DNA of 64,000 bases, taken from NCBI GenBank assembly GCA_963757455.1, contig CAVWSE010000002.1, forward strand, positions 64,974 to 128,973. Direction: 5' to 3'. Source of the DNA: an uncultured Actinomycetota bacterium (GTDB lineage: Bacteria > Actinomycetota > Actinomycetes > Mycobacteriales > Jatrophihabitantaceae). A program made the translations under genes and the position numbers. Below the pieces are notes generated by a model. It was not told where the DNA came from. It worked only from the letters and a program-made list of their open reading frames with translations, and did no database searches. This document shows positions 49,766 through 58,761 of this stretch, piece after piece (within the stretch, counting starts at the first letter, position 1; each line of letters opens with the position of its first letter).

Positions 49766-50672
49766 GTGAGCCGGCTGACTGATTTCGGCTGGGATCTGAC
49801 CGGCCGGTTCGTGCACCTGCCGCCTGTCCCGGAGCTGCCCGACGGCACGCTCGTCGAGCTCCCCGGACGCGGGCGCACCTTCGTCGTCGACAGCGGGCCG
49901 CCGCCCGGATCGGCCCGATGCGCCGACGCTGATCTTGCTGCACGCACTCGCCTGCACCGGGTTGCTGTCGTGGTACCCGTCGCTTTCCTGCGCTCGCGGC
50001 GCGCTATCGCGTCGTGACCCTCGACCAGCGCTGGCACGGGCGCGGCATCCGGTCACCGCACTTCCGTCTCGAGGACTGCGCCGACGACGCCGTCGCGCTC
50101 GCCGATGCACTCGACATGCAGCAATTCGTGCCGGTCGGTTACTCGATGGGCGCACTCGTCGCGCAACTGATCGCGGTGCGGCGCCCCGACCGGGTTGCCG
50201 GTCTGGTGCTCGGTGCGTCCCCGATGCGCTTCGCGCGCGGCCAGGCCGACCCGTTCGCGCTGCGGGTGCTGTCGCGGCGGGTTCGCACGATGGCCGAGCG
50301 ACGCTTGCGTGGTGGCCCGTTCGGTGCGCCGAGCGAATGTCACGACCGACGCGAACCGGTGGGCGTTGGCGCAGTTCCGCTCGACGAGCCCGGCAGAGAT
50401 CGCCGGTGCCACCGCGGTGATCACGCGATTCGACTCGAGCAGGTGGGCGGGCCGCATCACGGCACCGACCGGCGTCGTCGATCACCTTGCGTGACCACGC
50501 AGTGCCACTGGCGCACCAACGGGCGCTCGTGCGGGCGATTCCGCACGCGACGGCGTTCGAGATCGACTCAGGTCACGCGGCGGTCGTGCTCGATTCGGCG
50601 CGGTTCACGCCTGCTTTGCTCGCGGCGTGCGCTTCGGCGACTCGGTCCCGTGTTGTTCGCGGGCAGCCTTGA
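49766..50672 (+). pseudogene. Alpha/beta hydrolase broken by about 4 frame shifts
   Basis: GTG at 49766. Segments VSRLTDFGWDL...VDSGPPPGSA, then PTLILLHALACTGLLSW, then VTLDQRWHGRG...GYSMGALVAQ, then NRWALAQFRSTSPAEIAG, then RDHAVPLAHQRALVRAIP lie in successive +1 frames. The 3' end is uncertain. Confidence 0.65.
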
Positions 50673-52054
50673 GCAGTTCGTCCAAGGCGATCGGCAAGTC
50701 GTCGGCAAGCGACCACAGGTCGGGTGCGAGCTCGCGTGCGGCGATGAGGCCGACGTCGACGTGGCCGTCGTTCGACAGCACGGTGACGTTCAGGCCGGCA
50801 CCGTGGAAGACCGGTCCGAACGGGTAGAAGCCGATGACGCGGGCGCCGAGGAAGTAGATCGGCATCTGCGGGCCGGGGACGTTCGAGATCACGAGGTTGT
50901 GCACGACCGGGTGCATGTCGGCCAGCCGCAACTTCGAGTACACCCGCACTGCGAGACCGAACGTGTTCGGTGCAGCGAACTGCGCCCAGTCCTGCAGAAG
51001 CGATGCACTGAGGGTCTGGTGGTGGTCCTTCGCGACAAGGTTCGCCTCGGCGATCGTGCGCAGCCGCTCGACCGGGTCGGCGATGTCGGACGAGAGGCTT
51101 GCGAACATGCCGGACACCTTGTTCGTGCCGCCGCGCTTGGTCTTGCCGTGCACGGAAACCGGCACCATCGCGACCAGCGAATCGTCAGGGAGTTCGCCGT
51201 TGTCGTCGAGGTAGCGCCGCAGAGCGCCGGAGCACATCGCAAGAACGACGTCGTTCACCGTGCACCCGAAGGCGTTCTTGACCTCCTTGACGTCGTCGAG
51301 GTCGAGGCGGGTGAACGCGATGCTGCGGTGGCCGGTGATCGTCCCGTTGAGCGACGTGCGCGGGGCGGTGAACGGGGCCGGCATCGCCTTGCCGCGGCGC
51401 GCACGTCCGATCCAGTTCGGGATCGCGCTGCACCGTGCCGGGCAGCACGTTCACGAGCCGCAACGGACGCTTGGCGAAGCCGATCACGCCGTCGATCACG
51501 ATGTCGCGATCGCGTGGGCGCTTCGGCAGCGGCTGGGGTTCCTTGTTCGCCCCGAACGGAGGCGCGTCCGGTTCGAGGCTGCACAGTTCAGAGATCAGGC
51601 TCGCGCCGCTCACGCCGTCGACGGTGGCGTGATGCATCTTGGTGACGATCGCAAGCCGGGGCCCGTTCTCGTCCTCGTAGCCCTCGACGACCCACATCTC
51701 CCAGAGCGGACGGGTGCGATCGAGCGGCTGCGCCGCGATGTCGGCACACACCTCGGACAGTTCACGCTCGCCACCCGGCGACGGGACGGCGGCGCGGCGG
51801 ACGTGGTGCTCGATGTCGAACTCGTCGTCGTCGACCCACACCGGATGGTCGATGTTCAGCAGCGGGCTGTGCAGCTTGCGTCGGAACTCCGGCGTGACCT
51901 CGAGCCGCTCGCGCAGCTTGTCGCGCACGTCGGTGAAGCTGTAGTCGGCAGGCATCGTGGACGGATCGAGCACGAGCAGTCCGCAGACGTGCATGAGATG
52001 CGCCGGCGTCTCGAAGTACAAGAAGCTGGCGTCGAGCCCGCTGAGCCGATCCAT
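50605..52054 (-). pseudogene. Wax ester synthase/diacylglycerol acyltransferase (WS/DGAT) with one frame break (about 51435)
   Basis: ATG at 52054. Motifs MDRLSGLDASFLYFE and the catalytic HHATVDGVSG. The frame switches after LVNVLPGTV to IPNWIGRARRGKAMPAPFTAPRTSLNG. Length is 1450 nt = 3n+1. Confidence 0.8.
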
Positions 52055-52065
52055 GCGCCATACGA

Positions 52066-52079
52066 TAGAACTGGTTCTA
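52066..52079. promoter_or_regulatory. KstR operator box (TAGAACTGGTTCTA)
   Basis: Full match. Lies between the WS/DGAT gene (minus strand) and the esterase gene (plus strand). Confidence 0.8.
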
Positions 52080-52101
52080 CTTGACCGCCATTGGGAGTGA
52101 C

Positions 52102-53310
52102 GTGGTGCGCATCGCACGGCGAGAGCTGCTGAACGTGGCGCTCGTGGCCAACGCCACGCGTCCCGTTCCGGGCACTGCTGCGTCGGTACCGGCGATGTTC
52201 GCCGGCTGGCTCGCCGCCGAGCTGGCGCCTCAACTGCTGGCGTTGACGGCCGTCGGTGCGGGCGTGCGCGTCGCGCGCCACGGGGTTCGCGCCGAACGCG
52301 AGAACCTGCTCGCCGCCGCGGTCGCCGGTGCCGGCTACGCCGGGTTGATGGCACGCGGTCACCGGGCTCGGGGCGAGATCGAGGACGCGCTGCGGGAGGC
52401 GATCGGCGACTATCAGACCGACCTGCCCCGCATTCCGGACGAGGCCGAGCTCGCCACCCCGTGGCGCTCGCTGATCAACCCGTTCCGCATGACGGACGTC
52501 GACGTGGTCGCGACGCGCAGACTCCCCTACGCCGAAGGCGGACGCCGCTTCGAACTCGACGTGTACCGCCGCCGCGACGCGCCGCAGGACTCGCCAGTGC
52601 TGTTGCAGATCCACGGCGGCGGGTGGGTGATCGGCGAGAAGGAACAGCAGGGCATGCCACTGATGATGCACATGGCCGCGCGCGGCTGGACGTGCGCAGC
52701 GATCAACTACCCGCTCTCACCCAAGGCGCGCTGGCCCGAGCACATCGTCGCGATCAAGCGTGCGATTGCCTGGATGCGCGAGCACGTCCACGAGCACGGC
52801 GGCGATCCGTCCTTCATCGCTGTCACCGGTGGTTCTGCCGGTGGGCACCTGTCGGCGTTGACCGCGCTGTCGGCGAACGATCCGCGTTGGCAGCCCGGCT
52901 TCGCCGAGGTCGACACGACTGTGCAGGCGTGCGTGCCGCACTACGCGGTCTACGACTTCACCGACGAGAGCGGTTCGCGCGCGTCGAAGGTGCGGCTGCG
53001 CTCGCTGGTGCGGCGCTGGGTGATGCCGGCCGAAGCTCGGTACCCGGACGACTATCGCGCCGCCTCGCCGATCTTTCGCGTGCACGCGGACGCGCCGCCG
53101 TTCTTCGTGCTGCACGGGACCAACGACTCGCTCGTCCCCATTGCCGATGCGCGGGCGTTCGTCGCCGCGTTGCGCGAGTGTCTCGAAGAGCCCGGTCGCC
53201 TATCGCGGAGCTGGGCGGTGCCCAGCACGCGTTCGACATCTTCCCGTCGATCCGCGCCGCTCACGTCGTGCGCGGCGTCGAACGCTTCCTGGAGTGGGCG
53301 CGCGCTACTT
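52102..53310 (+). pseudogene. Alpha/beta-fold esterase/lipase (HGGGW type) with about 2 frame breaks near the 3' end
   Basis: GGGAG SD precedes the GTG at 52102 (the track ORF starts at TTG 52081). Motifs LQIHGGGWVIG, GGSAGGHL, VLHGTNDSLVP. After FVAALR the reading continues in the +1 frame (SVSKSPVAY) and then +1 again (AELGGAQHAFDIFPSIR...FLEWA). The true stop is not identifiable. Confidence 0.65.
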
Positions 53311-55309
53311 CCGCGGGGCAGGCCGAGAATCCGCTCAGCCGCAACCGTGAGCAGCACCTGCGTCGTGCCGCCCGCAATCGTCAGGCAGCGGCTGGGCAGG
53401 TAGTTCTGCAACTCGTCGCTCGCCAGCGTCCCCTGGTTGCCGAGCAGCGACAGGCCGAACTCGGCGACGTGCTGGCGATGCCGGACGCCGACGAGCTTGC
53501 GCACGCTCGACGCGGCGCCGGGATCGCGACCGTCCAGCTGTTGGATCGTCGCGCGCAGATCGAGCAGCGAGCACGCCAGGCCCTCGGCGACGACGGCGCC
53601 GAGCTCCTCCTGCCCACTCACGTCTGCCGCCATCGCGATCTCGGCCAGCAGACCTTCGACGTCGTCGCCCAGGCTCGACCCGTTGCCCATCGCGACGCGT
53701 TCGTTGGCCAGCGTCGTCGCGGGCAAGCGGCCAGCCGCCGTCGACCTCGCCGACCACGAGGTCGTCCGGCACGAACACGTCGTCGAGGAAGACCTCGTTG
53801 AACATCGCCTCGCCGGTGATCTCGCGCAGCGGCCGGATGTCGATGCCGGCCGAGCGCATGTCGACCAGGAAGTAGGTGATGCCCTTGTGCTTCGGCACGT
53901 CGGGATTGGTGCGTGCGAGGCAGATCGCCCAATCGGCGCGATGCGCCAGCGACGTCCACACCTTCTGTCCGGACAGTGCCCAGCCGCCGTCGACGCGCAC
54001 GGCTCGGGTGCGCAGCGACGCGAGGTCGGACCCGGCGCCGGGCTCGCTGAACAGTTGGCACCACGTCAGCTCGCCGCGCAGCGTCGGCGCGGCGAATCGC
54101 TCGATCTGCTCGGCGGTGCCGTGCGCGATGATCGTCGGGATCGCCCAGCCCGCGATCACGAGGTCGGGACGGGTGACCCCGGCGCGCGCGAGCTCCTGGT
54201 CGATGAGCACCTGCTCGGCCGGGCCGGCGTCGAGGCCGTGCGGCGCGGGCCAGTGCGGTGCGAGGAGACCCGGCATCGGCCAAGCGCGGCACGCTGCTGG
54301 TCGGCGGGCACCGCCGCGATCGACTCGGCCTGGGCGCGCACGCGCAGTCGCGGCGGCTTCGTACTCGCCGAGGTCGATGTGCAGGGTGCGGCGCGCACCG
54401 GTGCGCCTGAGCTCGGCGACGCGGCGGCGCCAGCGTGCCGTCCCGCCGACGAAGGCGCGCAACGCAAGCGCTCGCCGCAGATAGAGGTGCGCGTCGTGTT
54501 CCCACGTGAACCCGATGCCGCCGAGCACCTGGATGCAGTCCTGCGCGGTGGTCACTGCGGCGTCGAGAGCGACGGACGCCGCGACCGCGGCGGCGAGCGG
54601 GCGTTCGGCCGGCGTCGCCTCGGCGGCGTCCCACGCGACGGCGGCCGCCGACTCGCTGCGACAGAGCATCTCGGCGCACAGGTGCTTGATCGCTTGGAAG
54701 CTGCCGATCGGGGAGCCGAACTGCTCGCGCACCTTGGCGTAGGCGACGGCGGTGTCGAGGCACCATCGGGCCACGCCGGCGGCCTCAGCCGCTGCAAGGG
54801 TCAGCGCGATGTCGCGAGCGGCCTCGACCTCGTCACCGGTGCCGCTGACGAGCAGTTCGGCTACCGGGCGGGACAGGTCGGCGCCGGCGATGTCGGTGAA
54901 CTTGGCGGTGCCGGACGCGAAGTGGCGCCAGCGTCCCGTCCGCGTCGGGGGCGAGCAACGCGGCGTCGGGGCCGGCGGCCAGGACCGGGCCGTCGGGAGC
55001 GAACGCGAGCGCGACCGGTTCGTCCGGAGCGCTGCCGAGCACGGCCGCTGCCACGGCCGTGCCGAGCACCGGTCCGGGCGCCAGGACGGTCGCGCACTGT
55101 TCGACGAAGCGGCTCAGATCGGTCAGCGAGCCGCCGGCGGCGATCACCTCGCAGACGCCGAGTTCGGTCAGGCCCGACCATGTGCCGCGCCAGGCCTCGG
55201 GGTCACTCTCGTCGGCGCGCACCGTGTCGATCGGGTGCGCGCGCTGCGCCCACGCGCGCACCGAATCGGCGATCGCGCGCTGTTCCGCGGTCGTTGCAAT
55301 TGGCACCAA
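53300..55309 (-). pseudogene. fadE34: Large acyl-CoA dehydrogenase, FadE34/ChsE3-like, broken by about 4 frame shifts
   Basis: Divergent from kstR, as Rv3573c/Rv3574 are. Segments are in ORFs 54833..55309, 53335..54774, 54156..54467 and 53052..53726. Motifs FSEPGAGSDLASL, FGSPIGSFQAIKH, GGTTQVLLTVAAERILGLP. Homology ends near 53311, so the 3' end is uncertain. Confidence 0.7.
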
Positions 55310-55322
55310 GATCGTCCTGAGC

Positions 55323-55336
55323 TAGAACGTGTTCTA
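55323..55336. promoter_or_regulatory. KstR operator box (TAGAACGTGTTCTA)
   Basis: Full match and identical to the box at 49711. Lies in the fadE34/kstR intergenic region. Confidence 0.8.
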
Positions 55337-55400
55337 ATCACACCCGTGGGGCTGCGTCCCGTCAAGTTGTTGGCCGAAAGCGCCAGGGGCGACATCGAAC

Positions 55401-55414
55401 TGAAACAGGTTTTG
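55401..55414. promoter_or_regulatory. Weaker KstR box (TGAAACAGGTTTTG)
   Basis: Matches the consensus except the last base. Shares the 11-mer TGAAACAGGTT with the box at 32084. Lies 37 nt upstream of the kstR ATG, which suggests autoregulation. Confidence 0.6.
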
Positions 55415-55450
55415 CATGGGTACAAGCGTTTTCACTGGTAGCCTGGGGAC

Positions 55451-56092
55451 ATGACAAGTCCCGCCCGCACGCGAACCTCCGCGCGACCGAACGGTGCGGC
55501 GGACGAGCAGGGCTCCTCCGCGCAACGTGATCGGCGCCGTCGAATTCTCGATGCCACCCTGGCCCTGGCGAGCAAGGGCGGCTACGAAGCCGTGCAGATG
55601 CGCGCCGTCGCCGAGCGTGCCGATGTCGCGCTCGGGACGCTGTACCGCTACTTCCCGTCCAAGATCCACCTGCTGGTCTCCGCGCTGGCTCGCGAGTTCG
55701 AGCGCACGCAGGACCGCATCGACCGCGCGATCCTGCACGGCGACACGCCCTACGACCGGATCATGCTGATGCTCGGCGGCATCACGAAGGCGATGCAGCG
55801 CGACCCGCAGCTGACCGAGGCGATGACGCGCGCGTTCATGTTCGCCGACGCGTCCGCGGCCGCCGAGGTCGACGCGGTCGGCCGGCTGATGGACGGCATG
55901 TTCGCTCGCGCGATGAGCGACACCGAGCCGACCGAGGAGCAGCTGGCGATCGCGCGGGTGATCAGCGACGTGTGGTTGTCGAACCTGGTCGCCTGGGTCA
56001 CCCGCCGCGCCTCGGCGACCGACGTCGCGAACCGGCTCGAGCTCACCATCGGGCTCCTGCTGGGCCAGCGCCGCGCCGCCGACGCCTTCTGA
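55451..56092 (+). CDS. kstR: TetR-family repressor KstR
   Basis: Sequence GGYEAVQMRAVAERADVALGTLYRYFPSKIHLLVSAL...LTEAMTRAFMFADASAAAEVD...ARVISDVWLSNLVAWVTRRASATDV is very close to Rv3574 by recall. Confidence 0.9.
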   Translation: MTSPARTRTSARPNGAADEQGSSAQRDRRRRILDATLALASKGGYEAVQMRAVAERADVALGTLYRYFPSKIHLLVSALAREFERTQDRIDRAILHGDTPYDRIMLMLGGITKAMQRDPQLTEAMTRAFMFADASAAAEVDAVGRLMDGMFARAMSDTEPTEEQLAIARVISDVWLSNLVAWVTRRASATDVANRLELTIGLLLGQRRAADAF

Positions 56093-56109
56093 GTCTCGAG
56101 TTCTGACCC

Positions 56110-56183
56110 CGTCGAGTGGCGCGTTTCGCCCATGAGTGGCGCGATATTTCGCGCCACTCACGCGCGTAACGCGCCACTCGACG
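56110..56183. repeat. Nested inverted repeat containing four copies of GAGTGGCGCG (two forward, two reverse)
   Basis: The outer 16-bp arms CGTCGAGTGGCGCGTT (56110-56125) and AACGCGCCACTCGACG (56168-56183) are perfectly complementary. The inner 12-bp hairpin is TGAGTGGCGCGA-TATT-TCGCGCCACTCA (56133-56160). Starts 18 nt after the kstR stop. Confidence 0.85.
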
Positions 56184-56237
56184 TGCGTTCAACGTGCGGC
56201 TGAACGCGCGGCTCAACGTGCGGTTCAACGTGAGCAT
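56179..56237. repeat. About 5 tandem copies of a 12-bp unit (sAACGyGCGGyT)
   Basis: Units read CGACGTGCG-TT, CAACGTGCGGCT, GAACGCGCGGCT, CAACGTGCGGTT, CAACGTGAGCAT. They directly abut the inverted repeat, upstream of marR. Confidence 0.8.
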
Positions 56238-56283
56238 CGAATTGTGATAGCGCTTATGTATTAGCGCTGTTACAGTTTTGGCC

Positions 56284-56805
56284 ATGCCTGACACCCCGGT
56301 GGGCGTTCCGCTCGGTCTGCGTGTGCGCGCGGTGCTCGACCGCATGGACGCCGACGTCGCGAAGGTCCTGGCCGACCTGGGCATCACCGACTACCGGCCG
56401 AACTTCTCGGCCGTGATCCGCTACGTACTCGAGAACGGCGCGGTGACGATCCGCGACATCGCCCGCGGCACCGGCGTCACCCACTCGGCGATGAGCCAGC
56501 GGGTGGCCGAGATGCGCCGACGCGGCCTCGTCCAGCTCGTCCCAGGCACCGACGGCCGCGAGCGGATCGTGCACTTGAGCGACACCGCGCTGGCCCTGCA
56601 GCCGGCGCTGGATGCCGAATGGGACGTGACCGCGGCAGCCTTCGCCGCGCTCAACACCGAGCTGACCGCGTCGCTGAGCCAGATCGTCGACGAGATGAAT
56701 GCGGCGCTCGACCAGCGCTCGTTCCGGGACCGGATTGCAGACGCCGCAGCAGCGATGCCAGGCATAGACCCGCAGCACCGCGCGGCGATGACCCGCGATG
56801 CCTGA
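56284..56805 (+). CDS. MarR-family transcriptional regulator
   Basis: ATG at 56284. Sequence ITDYRPNFSAVIRYVLENGAVTIRDIARGTGVTHSAMSQRVAEMRRRGLV. Its stop overlaps the MFS start. Confidence 0.8.
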   Translation: MPDTPVGVPLGLRVRAVLDRMDADVAKVLADLGITDYRPNFSAVIRYVLENGAVTIRDIARGTGVTHSAMSQRVAEMRRRGLVQLVPGTDGRERIVHLSDTALALQPALDAEWDVTAAAFAALNTELTASLSQIVDEMNAALDQRSFRDRIADAAAAMPGIDPQHRAAMTRDA

Positions 56806-58073
56806 CCTGCGCGGGCTGCTCGCCGACGTCAGGCCGCTGCGCGAAGTCGCAGCGTTTCGCCGGCTCTGGATCGGGACGACGCTGTCGACCCTCGGCTCGG
56901 CGATGACGCTGTTCGCGGTCACCCTGCAGGTGTTCTTGCTGACGCACTCATCGGCAGCGGTCGGCGGAGTCGGGCTGGCCGCTGCCATCCCGGCCCTCGC
57001 ACTCGGGCTGCTCGGCGGAGCTGTGGTCGATCGTGTCGATCGGCGCCTGCTTGTGCTCAACACGCAGAGCGTGATGATGCTCGTCTCGGTCGGGTTCGCA
57101 TTGCAGGCCTTCCTCGGCAACCAGCACGCTCTGGCTGCTCTACCTGCTCGAAGCGCTCGCGTCGTCGGTCAACTCGATCAACGCCCCCGCCCGACGCACG
57201 TTCATGCCAAGGTTGCTGCCGAAGTCGCAGATCCCGGCCGGCTCGGCGCTGACAATGCTCACGATGCACATCAGCATGCTGGGCGGGCCGATGATTGCCG
57301 GGCTCGTCGTCCCGATCGGTGGGGTCAAGCTCTGCTACCTCATTGATGCGGTCACCTTTCTTGCGTCGCTGTACAGCGTGTTCCGGCTGCCGTCGATGCG
57401 TCCGGACGGCGGTGAGAATTCCCGGCCGAAGCTCGGCGGCGTGCTCGACGGAATCCGCTTCCTCGCCCGCAGCCGGGTGCTCACCGGCGTGCTGATCACC
57501 GACGTCGTCGCGACCCTGTTCGCGATGCCGGTCGCGCTCTACCCGGCGATCAACGCCGAACGCTTCGACGGGTCGGCGCGCACACTCGGCCTGCTGAGCG
57601 CGGGCCTGGCGATCGGCGGGGTCGTCGGATCGGTGCTGTCCGGACCGCTGGGCCGCGTGCGGCGTCCCGGGTTCGGCATGTTGATCTCGGTCGCGGTCTG
57701 GGGCGCGGCACTCGCCGGCTTCGGCCTGGCGCATGACCTGGCGACAACGATGGCGTGCCTGATCGTCGCCGGGGTCGCCGACGTGGTGAGCGTGGTGTTG
57801 CGGTCGACGATCATCCAGGTCGCCACCCCCGACCAGTTCCGCGGCCGCGTCAACGCTGCCGAGATCATGGTCGGCGGCAACATCCCGCAGGTCGGCAACT
57901 TCCGCGCCGGCCTGGTCGCCGAGGCGACGTCGCCCGCCTTCAGCGCGACCCTCGGTGGCGCGATGGCCGTCGCCGGTGCGGCCGTCATCGCCCTGACCTG
58001 GCCGGCGGTCGTGCACTACCGATCCGCCGACCAGGTGGACGAACCCGAACCCGTCAGGGACGCGGTGGGCTGA
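56798..58073 (+). pseudogene. MFS transporter with one frame break (about 57125)
   Basis: The N-terminal part is ORF 56798..57346, good to FLGNQH. It continues as WLLYLLEALASSVNSINAPARRTFMPRLLP in ORF 57204..58073. Length is 1276 nt = 3n+1. Confidence 0.75.
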
Positions 58074-58617
58074 CCAAGCCGGACCAGCCGACTGCCTCGA
58101 GCACGCGATCGACCGCACCCTCACGATCGACGTCGGTAGTGCTGACGACGTGGTCGAAGAACGACTCGCCATCGAGGTGGCGTTCCTCGTTCGCGCCGAC
58201 GCCGATCCAGTACGAGGCCTGCTGGTCGGTCATGCCAAAACCCGTGGCGCGGCCCTGCAATCTCTGCCGCAGCAGATCGTCCTGGGCCAGCCGCAATCGG
58301 ACGACCGTCCAGTCGGCGTCGGGAACCTGTGCCCGGTACTGAGCGCACTGGTCGGCGCTCTCGACACCACCGGCGAGGACGAACCGCTCGGTGCCGCGAT
58401 CGCGGAAGGTCGGCCACGCGGCACCGAGAACTGCCGCCTTGACCCGATGGTTGTGTTCGTCGTCGTCCGGCGTGGGATGGCACTCCCCCAGATCGTCGAG
58501 GTCGAGTCGGGCCGTGCGGACGCCGGCTCGCCAGAGCCGGTCGAAGATGCGATAGGACGTGTCTGACTTGCCGGCGCCGACGGCGCCGACCAAGAGCAGC
58601 ACGGAAGATGAAGACAT
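58054..58617 (-). CDS. P-loop NTPase / small kinase-like ATP-binding protein
   Basis: Walker A motif LLVGAVGAGKS at the N-terminus. 187 aa. No finer family recognised. Confidence 0.6.
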   Translation of the reverse strand: MSSSSVLLLVGAVGAGKSDTSYRIFDRLWRAGVRTARLDLDDLGECHPTPDDDEHNHRVKAAVLGAAWPTFRDRGTERFVLAGGVESADQCAQYRAQVPDADWTVVRLRLAQDDLLRQRLQGRATGFGMTDQQASYWIGVGANEERHLDGESFFDHVVSTTDVDREGAVDRVLEAVGWSGLVSPPRP

Positions 58618-58659
58618 GGCGTTGCCAATCAGGTGAAGAGGAAAAGGGATCGCAGAGCA

Positions 58660-58677
58660 GCCCGCCAGTGGGCGGGC
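58660..58677 (-). terminator. GC-rich hairpin downstream of dop
   Basis: GCCCGCC-AGTG-GGCGGGC (7-bp stem). On the dop sense strand it is followed by a pyrimidine/T-rich tract (CCCTTTTCCTCTTC). Confidence 0.5.
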
Positions 58678-58761
58678 ATCGTCGAGAGTTGCTACGGGCT
58701 GCGATCAGAACGCCATGGCACGACTGTGCCGCAGGGAAATCAGCAGGTCAACGGAATTCGA

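Noticed and set aside
52081-52101. TTG at 52081 as the esterase start (track ORF start).
   Set aside because: It begins 1 nt after the KstR box and has no SD. The in-frame GTG at 52102 is preceded by GGGAG at good spacing. I kept 52102 as the working start, but the choice is not certain.
47527-55309. Programmed ribosomal frameshifting or transcriptional slippage as an explanation for the frame breaks.
   Set aside because: There are too many sites, up to 7 in one 1.15-kb gene. I could see no shared slippery heptamer or downstream structure. The breaks go in both directions and affect unrelated gene families.
56179-56237. Possible CRISPR-like or coding repeat (ORF 56043..56387, minus strand).
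   Set aside because: The units are only 12 bp and directly abutting with no spacers, so this is not a CRISPR array. The ORF simply translates the repeat (TLNR/TLSR/AFSR) and overlaps the kstR 3' end in antisense.
58618-58761. Search for a pup gene downstream of dop.
   Set aside because: The gap is only 144 nt. The longest ORF there is 3 codons (MAF*). The overlapping minus-strand ORFs 58121..58483 and 58230..58628 are Arg-rich alternative frames of the P-loop gene, with no acidic GGQ or GGE C-terminus.
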